Assembly: GCA_047495785.1 (NCBI GenBank)
Contig: JBLDXI010000054.1
Location: 3,596,001 to 3,660,000 of the forward strand
Length of the DNA stretch: 64,000 nucleotides
Source: Lepidodermella squamata
Taxonomy: Eukaryota > Animalia > Gastrotricha
Reading direction: 5' to 3'
In this document: in pieces, positions 1 through 12,807 of the stretch
Position numbering within the stretch: position 1 is the stretch's first letter
How the letters are laid out: each line of letters opens with the position of its first letter
The notes under the pieces: model-generated
Told to the model about the DNA's origin: nothing
The model's database searches: none
What the model saw: the letters and a program-made list of their open reading frames with translations, nothing else
Made by a program: the position numbers and the translations under genes

Positions 1-277
1 GCGCGCACGAGCGACTGCCGAAACAACAGAAAGCGGCGCAGTAAAAACAACACCGCCACTGCACTTGTTGGATCCGAATTCACTAAAAGACACGGCTCAT
101 TAGCCGGCCAACTTTTCTACTTTATAGATAGATGTAATCATACACCTCGATTTATTAACAGGACCATTAAGACTACTCAATTCAGTGCTAACTAAGCGCC
201 ATGCTTATCATTAATAATACTTTCGAATTGGAGAAAAAGAAATCAGGTGCTAATGTGAATGTAAAAAATAAACTCAC

Positions 278-620
278 TCGATGAATTGCCTGTTTTCACA
301 AGCTTCATAGTCAGCGTTGGAAATGAGGCAACAAGTTCTTTGAACAGCAGTTGTAAATCGTGCCACGTGCATCCTGCTACTTTGTAACTCTGCAGTTCCA
401 GAATAATTTCGTCAGGTTTGATGGTGCCGCTGTGAACACGAATTTTGTCGCTTTTGAAAGATGCGATATAGCAAAATTGGCCATATTCAGCCCCGCCTTT
501 GACAGGAAGCAGATTGCTACCAGGCGCATCGCCTGAATCTCTTTCCACCGATATCAAAACATCGTGAATTTTCTGCGTCCAGTATTTGCGATTTTTTCCG
601 TTTGATCGGTCATTTGACAT
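278..620 (-). CDS. MAGI: MAGI-family scaffold (membrane-associated guanylate kinase, inverted), first coding exon (PDZ0); gene continues out of the window
   Basis: Translation YWTQKIHDVLIS...VKGGAEYGQFCYI...DEIILELQSYKVAGCTWHDL...LTMKLVKTG matches the N-terminal PDZ0 of MAGI proteins; GTGAGT donor near 277. Confidence 0.8.
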
Positions 621-2275
621 CTTCAGTTATTTTCATGCAATTAATAACGGGAATGGTGCAATTTCAGCCAAAAAGTTTATCTGAATATCAGCAGCGATGC
701 GATCGGTTGTAAATGCATGATTAAAACATAGCACTATAAAAATGATCCAAATTATTAGCCTGTTGTCGTTAGAACACCGATTAAAGATTATTAGGAACCG
801 CGTCGATTTAACGCTAGGACGAGTCATGTTACCTGAGTATTTTATAGTTTCCTTCGACTTCTATATCGGGCGTAAAAGATCTATTTTGAATTCGACGTGT
901 TTCGCACCGAGGTTACATTAACCAGGCAAAAACGAATGCAATGAACTTATTCGCAGGCTAGTGGAGTAATGAGTAACTAAAGCGGTAGTTTTCTATCTGA
1001 TATCTGATAGCTGTTCCCAATATAATAAGAAAAATACTTCATGGAGCACTTTGCCGACACTCATCTAAATTAAACGAGCAATAACTCGAGACAGAACAAT
1101 AACTGGCAACCGAGAAAGTATAACCGACACAGCCGACGAAGTCACATGGAACTGCCTCACCTGCCCTCAGTACTCAGTGCTCAAAAGTTAAGAGCTATTG
1201 GAGTGCAGAGTAAAGATTAGTACCATTAGTATGGGCAAATGATAAAAGTGGCCAAAGGTAAGCGTTATGGGTAAAAATATGTAGCAATATAGTTTGAAAC
1301 GTAAGATGTATCAAGTTGATAACATAACTGCACCTTATATCCTAAAACATGATATTTATATGGGATTTGGAATTCGGAGTTCTGAGTGCCTTCAATCTTC
1401 AATATCATGGCAAATATTCCGTAAAGATTCATTAGCCATCAGCTATTACACAGAGAGCAGAGCATCATAAACGCAAGAATAGCGCATGCCATAAAAAATG
1501 ACAAGAAATGCGACCTCCCAAGAGAATTCATATCGCAGTCATAGTCTTATAAACCCCAGAATGAGCCGCTACATTAGCTAGGCAGAGTCTCTTGGGAAAT
1601 GCGTGGGCCAAAAGAATCACGTAAAAAATTCAATTTTGAATTTTTGCGTTGGCACAACAGCAATCGGCCTTGATGCATATAATTAAGAACACCATAATAA
1701 TCATGAACAATATTTAAAAATTGCTTTACAAAATTTTTCCAAATTGTGGCGGGAAATTCATTGGCGGCAAGTTCATCTTCTCAGCTCAAACCTTTTGAAA
1801 AGTGTATCGACTGGTATCGCTTCCAGCTAGGTCCCTGACGGAGTGTATCGCGACTTTAATTGCGAGTTTCTGACACGCATACGCCCGCAGCCACCGCTTA
1901 AGGAGGTAGACTTGGATGGCCTACAGTGTCGAATTCGTAAAAAACGTTTTATCCGTAATGTAGTTTTCTAGCTTTTGTATACGATTGTGACAAGAGTCCC
2001 GTTTAAACCGTCGCTACTGCGGCCAGCGATGTTTTGGGTTTCGGATTCCAATTTTCAAACATGCCTAGGCATATATTGGGGCGACTTGAGATTGGGTTTG
2101 CAATTGCTACTATCTTTTTCATCGCATTCAAGCTCTAAGCGTGTTGCTTGTTGTTCCAGCTAGAAGATTCAAACGACTGTTCCTTATTTGCTACTCTTGT
2201 TTGCTTTAACGACGTACGTATATGACAAATTGTACTCTTCAAAGTTTAGAATCTTTATCTGTACATTCACTGTAA

Positions 2276-5200
2276 ATGTCGGGAAAAAGGCGCAATGCTC
2301 ATGCTCGTCGCCGGGAACTTTCTCCCTCTGCTGAGCCGACAGACCGGACGTTCGACGAATTGTCCGATTTGCTGAATGTTCATCCTGTTGAGGATGAGTC
2401 TGAGGGAGAGGATCTATTTGGCGATAACATGGAAAGGTCAGCAATCCTTCTTTAATTGCTTTGTCAAATATTCTAAATGATTAATCATATTACAGGGACT
2501 ACCGCCCGATTCCAGAGCTCGATACATACGAAAACGACGGGGCAGACGAAGAGGACGTTTCAGAGCTGTCAGTCGCAGGTCGCCAAGCGGCGGAGCGTGA
2601 GCTGCGAAAGCGGGACCGTTCTCGGGTAGCTGGAGCCGGTCGCATGCGATTTGGGCTTTTATATGGTATGTGTTTACAAGCCTAATAATTATCGTTTCCA
2701 ATAAACTTTTGTGAGTAGAATCCGACGAAGAAGATGAAGCTGACGAAGAGGAACCTGAAACAGAACAAACTATTCGAAAACGCAAACCACCTGTTGAAGC
2801 TGGAGAAGAAGAAGTGAGTCTTTGCTACATTAAGTTCAATTTCTTCATTGCATATGTGGTTGCTAGCAAATTGAAAGCATCGAAAATTTGGAAGATCTGA
2901 AGGGTCACGAGGTGCGTGAATGGGTCCGCATGCTTGGCCCTCGTCGCGAAATCTACAATCGCTTTAAAAATTTCTTACGAAGCTGCACTACTGAGAGCGG
3001 TCAGAGCCATTTCCGCGAACTCATCAAGCAGATGGTTGAAAGTAGGTTGAGCTTATGCATGCGCGTTAAATGTTTCATCCAATTGTTTCCAGATTACGAA
3101 CAGAGTTTCCATGTCGACTACGAGAAGTTGGCGGCCGCTGAAAAGGTGTTGGCTTACTTCCTCCCCGAAGCGCCGCAAGAGGTTCTTCAGATTTTCGACG
3201 AAGCCGCTCGCGATTTCGTCCTTGCTCACTACCCGACATACGAACGCGTCGCACACGCCATTCATGTTCGCATCACTCAAATGCCAGTCATCGAAGAAAT
3301 TCGCTCGCTGCGATTCTGCCACGCCAATAAGCTTATCCGTACCTGCGGTGTCGTGACAAGTTGCTCGTCTGTCATTCCTCAGTTGACCCTGGTGAAATAC
3401 GACTGCGCGAAATGCGGTTTCGTTCTCGGCCCATTCTCGATCATCGGCGAAGATGAAGCCAGGCCAGGAACTTGCCCCGAATGTCAGAGCGGCGGACCTT
3501 TCGATGTTAATATGCAAGAAACCGTCTACCGCAACTACCAACGTATCACAATCCAAGAAAGCCCTGGCCGCGTGCCAGCTGGTCGTCTGCCCCGGTCGAA
3601 GGAAGCCATCCTCCTCGACGATTTGGTCGACAGCTGTAAACCAGGCGACGAAATCGAGCTGACTGGCATCTACGCTATCAGTTTTGAAACCACCCTTAAC
3701 GCATCAACTGGTTTCCCGGTTTTCGCCACCCTGTTTTACGCTAACAGCATCTTGAAACGCGAAGATAAGAACGCAGCGTCTCATTTGACCGACGACGATG
3801 TTCGCGAATTGAAGCGCCTTGCCGCCACTGATTCGATCATCGATCGCATTATTGCGAGCATTGGCCCGTCAATCTACGGCCACGACGACATTAAACGCGC
3901 CCTTGCCGTTTCGATGTTCGGCGGCGAGCCGAAAAACCCGGGCGGTAAGCACAAGCTGCGTGGTGATATCAATGTCCTGCTTTGCGGTGATCCTGGTACT
4001 GCGAAGTCTCAATTCTTGAAGTACACCCACAACACGGCGCCTCGTTGCGTTTACACGACTGGCCAGGGCGCGTCGGCTGTTGGTTTGACAGCCTACGTCC
4101 ATAAACACCCGCAAACCCGCGAGTGGACCCTCGAAGCCGGTGCGATGGTGCTCGCCGACCGCGGCATTTGCGTAATCGACGAGTTCGATAAAATGAACGA
4201 CGCCGATCGTACATCGATCCACGAAGCTATGGAGCAGCAGTCGATCTCGATTTCAAAGGCCGGCATCGTGACGTCACTTCAAGCCCGTTGCGCTGTTATC
4301 GCCGCGGCCAATCCGATCGGCGGCCGTTACGACGCTTCGATGACATTCGCCGATAACGTCGACCTAACCGAGCCGATTTTGTCCCGTTTCGATTTGCTAT
4401 GCGTCGTTCAAGACCGCGTTGATCTCGTCGAGGATGATAACATCGCTCGTTTCGTGTTGAACAGCCACATGAAGAACCACCCGACATCAGCTGCGATGGA
4501 AAACGAGCTCGAGCTGTTGGACGAGCCGTCTATCCAGCGTTCGAACGCCTTCGAGCCGCTGCCTCAGGATATTTTGAAGAAGTACATCACCTTCGCCCGA
4601 GAACGTTGCCATCCCGAGTTGGTCAACATCGATCAGGACCGTATTTCTCGAATGTACTCCGACCTGCGCCGCGAGGCCCTGGCTACCGGGTCGATTCCGA
4701 TCACGGTTCGTCACATCGAGTCGGTTGTTCGTGTTTCAGAGGCGTACGCTCGCATGCGCCTTCGCGACGTTGTCACTGAGGCTGATGTTTCGCTGGCGAT
4801 GCGGACCATGTTGGAAAGTTTCATTGCCACGCAGAAATTTTCGCACCAGAAGCAGATGCGCCGCACGTTTTCGCGCTATTTGAACTACAATCGCGACAAC
4901 GCCGAACTGCTGCTGTTTTCGCTGCGTCAATTGGCGCGTGATCAAATTGCGTTCGAACGCAGCCGCTTGGCTGACCCAAATGCCGTTGTCGAGCGAGTTG
5001 AAATTCCTGAAGATGACTTGCTTGAAAAGGCAAGCTTTACATTTTATTCGGGTTTTCTTATAGAATTTGCGCTAAAATTGACATTTTTTAAATTCACCTT
5101 AATTAAATTTTTTAAATTGAAAATTAAATGTAGGTAATTTGGCCATTCCACATGCTTAGTTTATTGAAAGGTGCCAAACTTGATATTTTTCTAATTTCTT

Positions 5201-5450
5201 TGCTTATTGTGTATTTTATGCGAATATTTTGAAAAAATTTGACGATAAATTTTAAAGTGGATTTTTAAAAAAAAAATTCTATTTAAATTTTTATCAAAAT
5301 TACTTATCGATTTCTTCAATTTTTCAATTTTAGGCTCGTCAGTTGGGCATCAGCGCTCCTTTCGTAACGAATTTCTACGAGAATGCGTCTTTCCACGCCA
5401 ATCACTTCCGTTACGATGCGTCTAAGAAGATCATCGTTCAAACTTTCTAG
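2276..5450 (+). CDS. MCM2: DNA replication licensing factor MCM2 (multi-exon)
   Basis: Spliced product begins MSGKRR...[12 protein letters not shown]|[12 protein letters not shown] (MCM2 histone-binding region). It has a C4 zinc finger (CAKC...CPEC), Walker [17 protein letters not shown], the SRFD arginine finger, and a last exon ARQLGI...IIVQTF* (5334-5450). A stop-free in-frame intron lies at ~3042-3092; the last intron is GC-AG (5030-5333). Confidence 0.97.
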
Positions 5451-6590
5451 AAACCGTCCGATCTCTGTTGCCGCTAGTGCTGATTTCAAAAATTCCTGCT
5501 TCCTAACAGTACAGATGATTACGTTCCAGATTATTGACGATCAATTTTCTCTTATTACGTTTCAATGTTTTTAAAACGATCGTGGCTGATATAGCACGGT
5601 TAACAGCCTTATCTCATTGCATGCTTTGATCTTTTATCCGTCTTGCCTGAACTGTCTAAAATTGTCGGTGTAATAGAAATATACTGGATATAGCCTGAAT
5701 AAAAATCGTATTCTTCCTCACAGATGCTATTGTGATAACGAGTGGGCGACTCGAGGGTGTGCAATTGGTATTTCCTAATATCGCAGACGTGCTTGCCGTG
5801 TTTGCTCAAAGGGACCGTAAACAAATCGCGACTTGGCAATGTCAAAAGGTTAGCGCACCAAACGCTGCACCGGTAGTACCGCCGCCTATAACAGTTCGCG
5901 GCTTTTACCGTCCGGATGGCATTGCTCGAGAGAATGAGGAAATATTTACTCGCAGAGTGAAGCGACTCTGAAGCAACAAGATCATAAAAGGTGCGGTGTC
6001 TTGTTTCGCGAGCGCAAGCGCGAGTCGAGTAGCGTGTGGATAAAAGTCAACCCGTGTGGATGAAGAAATGGCGTATTATATCATTACTTATCTCGGCAAT
6101 GAACATTCGCGTAGCAAATTGCGGTTATACGCGGTTATATACCTACTTCAGGTTGCCCATTTCCTATTACCTTCCATCAGCAATAGCTATTATTCGTTCA
6201 AGGTAATGACCAATTTTCTCATAGAATCTCGTCCTATAAAAAGAACGAATACCATATTGTTTTACCGATGGTTTTATTTTGTTCACCCAAATCCGAGTTT
6301 CACATATCAACAGCAGATAATTTCAGGGGGCCATACAGCGTGCTCCATAAATTGCGCGACCGATATTTTAATATCACAACTTTATTCAGATAATTATTTA
6401 ACAAAATTTAACGTACAAGAAGCATTTCCTATCTATTATCCGCGCTAGAAATGGAAAATTTATTGGAGAAAACCTGAAAAAAACCCGATGGTAATTGAAT
6501 CGGTAACTACCGGTATTTTAACTAGTTTGACCTAATTTCTCCGGATTTTTATCGCCATTTATCACCTTTAATTATATTATTTCAGATCCC

Positions 6591-7194
6591 TTTTCATGGA
6601 TTTCCTTTAGGACACCCGGTATAGGACACATAGCATAGGACCCAGCGAAGAAACTCAGTCCTTTGAGACATCCAGCCTAAATATAAAATTCAACATTGCT
6701 CGTTTCGTGTTGAACAGCCACATGAAGAACCACCCGACATCAGCTGCGATGGAAAACGAGCTCGAGCTGTTGGACGAGCCGTCTATCCAGCGTTCGAACG
6801 CCTTCGAGCCGCTGCCTCAGGATATTTTGAAGAAGTACATCACCTTCGCCCGAGAACGTTGCCATCCCGAGTTGGTCAACATCGATCAAGACCGTATTTC
6901 TCGAATGTATTCCGACCTGCGTCGCGAGGCCCTGGCCACCGGGTCGATCCCGATCACGGTTCGTCACATCGAGTCGGTTGTCCGTGTTTCTGAGGCGTAC
7001 GCTCGTATGCGCCTTCGCGACGTTGTCACCGAGGCTGATGTTTCGCTGGCGATGCGGACCATGTTGGAAAGTTTCATTGCCACGCAGAAGTTTTCATGGA
7101 TTTCCTTTAGGACACCCGGTATAGGACACATAGCATAGGACCCAGCGAAGAAACTCAGTCCTTTGAGACATCCAGCCTAAATATAAAATTCAAC
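6591..7194 (+). repeat. 104-bp perfect direct repeat (6591-6694 and 7091-7194) flanking an MCM2 fragment
   Basis: TTTTCATGGATTTCC...ATATAAAATTCAAC occurs twice, exactly 500 bp apart. Confidence 0.95.
6692..7095 (+). pseudogene. MCM2: Partial MCM2 copy (corresponds to 4439-4842)
   Basis: Colinear with 4439-4842 with 11 substitutions, all synonymous; no recognisable start or other exons. Confidence 0.93.
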
Positions 7195-7567
7195 TCATCT
7201 TGCGCATTACTGCTAAAGCCCATAACATTCTTGAATAATTTAAATATTAGCAGACAGGTGGAAAAATCTCGATTAATCATCGACAGGGCAACGTACAGCA
7301 CGTGGCAACGCATCGTATTTGATATTGATGACTCACTCAAACTTGAACGTTTCCTTCTAGGTATCGATTCCATTAAGCTTGGGCAATAGGTTTTTAATAA
7401 TTCAAAAACCAGGCGTGAGTCAACGCATTTCTGCTACAGATATTATTTTCGAGAAAAGTACAAAATCTGCTTGGATACCTACACTTGAATACTGAATACA
7501 TTATACCTCAAAACGTTAGAACACCCGATTATCATGTCTTGGTCCTGATCTTTGCAGAGCTGCTCTA

Positions 7568-8765
7568 ATGAAAATGAAAGCCTGGGTCCTCAATCTATTC
7601 ACGATATCAACATTGCAGCGTTGTTTAGTGACCAGCTCGCTAACCTGGCTGCTATCAATCATCGCCTACCATTTCATTCCACCCTTCCAATCGCTGGTCG
7701 AAGATGTGTTCATTTTCAACGCTCGTCCAACAACTTACTACTACGCGATCACTCCCGCATGGGAACAGCCATCTAAATCGAACAATCGCCCAGCAGGCAT
7801 TTTCAATTCAATCAACCCGATGAATGGGGTGGAAATCGCTGAAAATTTAACGGATATCGCGCTACCTGAACGAAGGGTGGCTATTACGTATGCCGATCGG
7901 TGTTGCTTGCATTCGAAGAGCATCATGTGCAAATCAGCCATTGCGAACGGCTTTTCGGAATGCATCGCCCACAGTCGCCTATCGATCGATCCGGTGTTTG
8001 CCGCGCAAAACGAGGCGATCTTGAAACAAAAACGAGGCGGAGGATACTGGTATAAATCCGATCCGATAAAAATTACTTGAATCTACAATTATTTTTTATG
8101 ATAGGTTGTGGAAACCTTACGTCATTTTCAAGTCCCTTTTGAACTTGAACGACGGCGATTTCCTGATGTATTGCGATGCTGGGTCTTATTTCATCGCCAA
8201 TGCGGAACCTTTGTTCAACTATGCCAAAAACTTGAACCAGTAAGCTAGAAGCAAATTAAGGTCCTCGGAATTGATTTCTTTATTCTATAGGGACATTGTC
8301 GTCTTTCAGTTGTCGCCAAACGCCGGGAGGGCAGAACGGAAATTTACGAAGCATGACGCGTTTGTGCTGATGAACTGCACCGACGAAGCTAAATGCTTGA
8401 ATTCGACGCAAAGATTGGCTACTTTCATACTATTGCGCAAATCATTTACCTCGATACGTTTCGCCTCGCAATATCTTGCTTACGCAACTGATCCTCGCCT
8501 TATTACAGACGCCAAGAGCCAGCTAGGTTCGGAAGGGTCTGATTTTGTTGATCACCGGCATGACCAAAGCGTTCTGTCACTGCTATCGAAAAAATGGGGC
8601 ATCGAAGCTTGGCCTGTAAGAATTATTCGAATCATAATTTTTTATTTTCAATTTGCTTTTTTATAGGATCCTAGCCAGTATGGCATGAATGACCCTGGCC
8701 CTACTTCCGACATATCACGTGACATCGGAGGGAAATTACTGGCGTTGCATAGATACAAATTCTGA
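7568..8765 (+). CDS. Uncharacterised type II membrane glycosyltransferase-like protein (RGGGYWLWKP / HRHDQS family), 4 exons
   Basis: N-terminal hydrophobic anchor; spliced motifs KRGGGYW|LWKPYVI, DGDFLMYCDAGS, ERKFTKHDAF, DHRHDQSVLSLL, DPSQYG; three short GT-AG introns; AATAAA at ~8850. Confidence 0.75.
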
Positions 8766-10204
8766 TGAATCATGTCCTTAGTTCCAAGAGGTGCTCGATT
8801 GTACAAATCCGTTTTTTTTACATCTGCCGTAGTAAATTATTATTTACTCAATAAAATTTCGTTTTAGTAAAATGAATGAATTTTTACTTGGGTATAATAA
8901 GATCAATCAAGTTTTTGAGTTGTTTTTCGATCCCCAATGTAGCTTTTTTCCTGCTGGATTTGCCTGGCAAGTGCGTTGTTTTTGCGAGCCGGGCGCCGCG
9001 CTATTGACCAAATCTAGAGGCGCCGCTGTGCCAGCAGCAGAAGATTTTCTCCTGCACAGTATGGTCACCCTTCAAACAACAATCGCGGTGTGGCAATTGT
9101 GCATTATTTTAACACGCCAAAAGTAATACATCATCATTGTAATGATGATCGAAACATGCATCCGCTCTACACGCAAGAACATAAACATTTTTCTGCTGGC
9201 GATGATGATGGCCACATGCATGCGCGCGTGTGTTTGTCTACTTTTAGCTGCCGCTAAAATAATAATGTTATTATTATTTTCTTCCAGGCAGCAAGCGCGA
9301 CGAGATGCGCTCTTGTTTATAGAACATATGACGAATAAAACGAAGCGATGATTGCGGCAAAATAACGCGTGAAACCGATGTACCACATAATGCAGGTAAG
9401 AAAAAAAAGCGCGAGTTATAAATCGTTCACAAACGTAAATATTATTGCTACATGCATATTATCTAACAATTTTCACCACCTCAAGTCACTTGTAACAGGT
9501 ATTTTATTACCTCTATAAGCCGAAGCGCAACCCGTGTTTCGCGGAGGTGTTGCGAAAACCAGACTTTTTATTGTTTTCTTCCGGATTATTTTTCATTATC
9601 CGTCTCGTACAAAGAGGAACTAACAGCGCTTATTAGGTGCATTTCTTAAATAATCAAACGCGAGGAACGTCCTGGTTTCAAAGTATGCAAATCATTTTTT
9701 TCGGAATCTTCATAGCGCTTTGGGATTTGCGAGACGTTTGTTTTTTTTGGAAATTTTCCTGAAATGTTTTTTTTTGCTGTTAGAAATACAGCTAAAATTA
9801 CGTGCAAATTATCAAATGATGAGGTGTCATCAACTTGCGCGACATTTTCGCTACGACAATGGCGCAAATCCTAGCAAATTTTAAATTTGTACCTATCTAC
9901 GAAATTCTTCGAATAAGTAGAATGTTCCTTTTATTGAGGACAGCGGGGCGTTTTGAAGTTGCCCCGGGCGCAGTTTTTTATGCAGAATTTTTGGGCCATG
10001 ATTTCTATTACGCGAAATTAACTCGTTGTGTATTTATTTTCCAGCGCACTAATATCGTGCAGTTGCGGGGCGCGCGTGAAAAATAAATATTTTTCTCGAA
10101 TTTTTCTATTGTTTTTCATCATTTGAACGGCATATAAAAATGCAAATGCCATTTAAATCAGTTTTTCGTTTTATAGAAATTCGCCGCCGCTAAACGCAAC
10201 GCGT

Positions 10205-12807
10205 ATGTCACTTAACCCAGCAACGCCGCCACCGTCGTCGATTTTATTTTTCTCATTCTCAACCGCTTCGTCGCCGCCGCCGCCGCCGTCGCCACCACAG
10301 CAACAGTCAGCATCGACTATGCCGCTGCACTTGTTCTATCAAGTTAAGCCGAACCCGTTCGATACGGCCGACCACGAAACACTGCCTTCCGCTCCGTATG
10401 TCACAGCGCGCTTCGACAGCGCCACGCCGTCGCTGATTTTCAGCAATCGCCACCACATCAACACCCAGGCGCCGCTGACTTCGACGAATAAGCTGACGCT
10501 GTACAGCCAGTCGCAGAAACGCCTCGCCGACTACCCGATTAGTGAACTTGTCATGAATCACGGACTTGTTACCATCATCGGATTCTGCCTACTCATCCTG
10601 TTATCGCTAGCCACAGCAATCCTATACCTTTCAGCCCGTCATTGCCGCCAAGGCACTGGGCAGCTATTGCTGTTTCTCTACGCTCTGAGCATTGTCGGCA
10701 TGAGCTCGTTGATGCTGTTCGGCTTCTACCAGCCGCCAGCTATTATATCACCCGATATTCGACTGTCATGCGTCGTAGTTTCAGTTGCGACTCACGTCCT
10801 TGTATTGATTTCGTTCGGAATACTCGCTTGCTACGGCGTTCATCTCGTCTATCGCATACGCCACCCTGGAAAGTTGCCCAACTTATTCGTCCTTAAATCG
10901 GTTCTTCCCACAATCGCCATTTCAATAGCGCTTCCTATTGCTCTTTCTGTTCTCAGACCTGAGGGTAAGTCATGTTTTTTTCTAATTATTTTTTTAATTT
11001 TGCTTAACTAGATTATCTCGACAATTTTTCTTGCTGTTTCCCGCACGAATATGTTGGAAATTTTGCGATGTTTCTACCTATTGCTCTGGTATCCTTGGCG
11101 AATTTCGCGATTTTAGCCCTGTTCCCTATGTTCTACGTCCCAGCGCCTAGCTCGAATAGCCGCGTGAAAGATTTTCAGTGTTTGAAACGCAATTTCGGTG
11201 ACAAGCTGGACTGGTCGCCGGTGTACAAAAACGAAAGCCTAGCGCAGCAATCCTCGCCAAATCGTGATGGCGTTGTGATCACGAACGAAGCGGCTATTAA
11301 CGGACATCCCGATGATGACGAAGAACTAGGTCATGACTACAGCATGCCAGAACGTGGCCGGCCTTCTTGTCTACATGCTCTAGCAGTTTTAGGCCTCGGA
11401 TTTCTTGAGGGTAATAGACAAGCGCCTGAAATAATTTTTCTAATTTTATAAACTTTTAAGGTGGAGTGTTGATAATGTTTTCAGTCGCGAATTTCTCCGG
11501 TTATTTGCATGCGGCATTAATGGATCCGAATGCGCCTGTGTCTTATAACCCGGATTCACGCAGTTATCACGTCGCTTTCCTTGTCTTGGCTTTCCTTCTC
11601 GGAATAAGTTTACTCCTTGAAATGGCTACTTTAGAGGACGAATCTCTGACAGCTTGCAAGTGAGTTTTGGAAGATTCAATTATTCGCAAATTATGCCGAT
11701 TTTTCCAGGGCTTGCTGCTTTGGCCAAGAGTACTTTCAGCCAGTTCCAGAGGAGGACAACCTGTACCGCCAAACCATCGTAATCCCTGCGTCGAACTTGA
11801 TTCAGGTGAACACCTCCATCATGCCTCAGACTCGCAAAGCATCGATGCAGATCGATCAGCGACCCTACGTCATACCGGCGTCGAATGCAGGCGCCACGAT
11901 GCTGCAGCGAGCCCAGCTCTACTCCCACAGCCTGCCTCAGTTGGCGAGCTTCGACGACAGCAGTGACGACAACGAGATTAACCTACTGACCAGCGGCAGT
12001 ATTAGTAACGTGAAAACTGGCCAAGCATCTGTTGAAGTCAACCGTCGCGCTTCGCTGGGTCGGCCCATTTTAAAGGCCACCCGATCAGCCGGTGTTGGAG
12101 GGTTCAGTGATGATGAAACTTATGACAACTTACCCGAACCGCCGCCGAGGCCTAATCGCAACATCTCCCGATCGGCAAAGCAGCTTACTGAACAGCTACC
12201 TTTGGAGCCAACTCACATGCCTCTTCCTTACTTTGAGTCGAAACAAAACTATTCTCAGGTTATTAAAAAGTTTTAATATTATTTGCGACTTATAAGGATT
12301 TGCTCACATCAGGTTACTTTTGAGGGAGATCGAAATCAATCGAATACTCGGTACTTCCCGCCGAATTATCATCAACCTCCGGCTAGTAACAGTAATTACG
12401 CCCACTATGTGACACCCTGGCCTTTGCCGTTTACGAAACCGCCCAATAATAACTGCCACAACTGCCCACCTTCGCCCGCCTATAACCACGTCTACGTTAT
12501 ACCAGGCGGTGATTCAACCCCTTCAGACGTAGTGGCGCCGTATTTGCCACCTGTAGGCTTCCAAAACCGCAATAAGCCTGCGAAAATGGACAGTTGCCGT
12601 TGCAATTGCCATGGCAAATCTAGTTCTTGTTATGGTAACAATAATAACCCCACCTCGGCAGCTTCAGTCGCTCCGCTACCGGTTAACCGGTCTTCAATCG
12701 ATAGTCATACTATGTCTACGGCTTCAACTATCATGTCAAGCAGTAATTCAAGCAACTCAACCAACACGGCGAAGCCGAACTTACAGTATTGGGCTAATTT
12801 ACGCTAA
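10205..12807 (+). CDS. Divergent family-B/adhesion-like 7TM receptor with long Pro/Ser-rich C-tail
   Basis: Successive hydrophobic helices, TM3 Cys (LSCVVVSVATHVLV), ECL2 DYLDNFSCCFP after splicing, several short introns. Probable 5'UTR intron 9396-10176. No GPS motif visible. Confidence 0.6.

Noticed and set aside
1790-1950. GC-richer, partly self-complementary stretch between MAGI and MCM2 as a possible structured ncRNA
   Set aside because: No snRNA, SRP, RNase P/MRP, Y or vault motif recognised; more likely promoter or UTR sequence.
3053-5033. Antisense and alternate-frame ORFs over MCM2 (likewise over fibulin, ALDH1L, the GPCRs and channels)
   Set aside because: Shadow ORFs produced by codon bias of the real genes; no motifs.
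6591-7194. LTR element or CRISPR-like repeat-spacer unit
   Set aside because: Only two repeats, no TG...CA ends, PBS or TSD; the interior is host exon; eukaryotic context.
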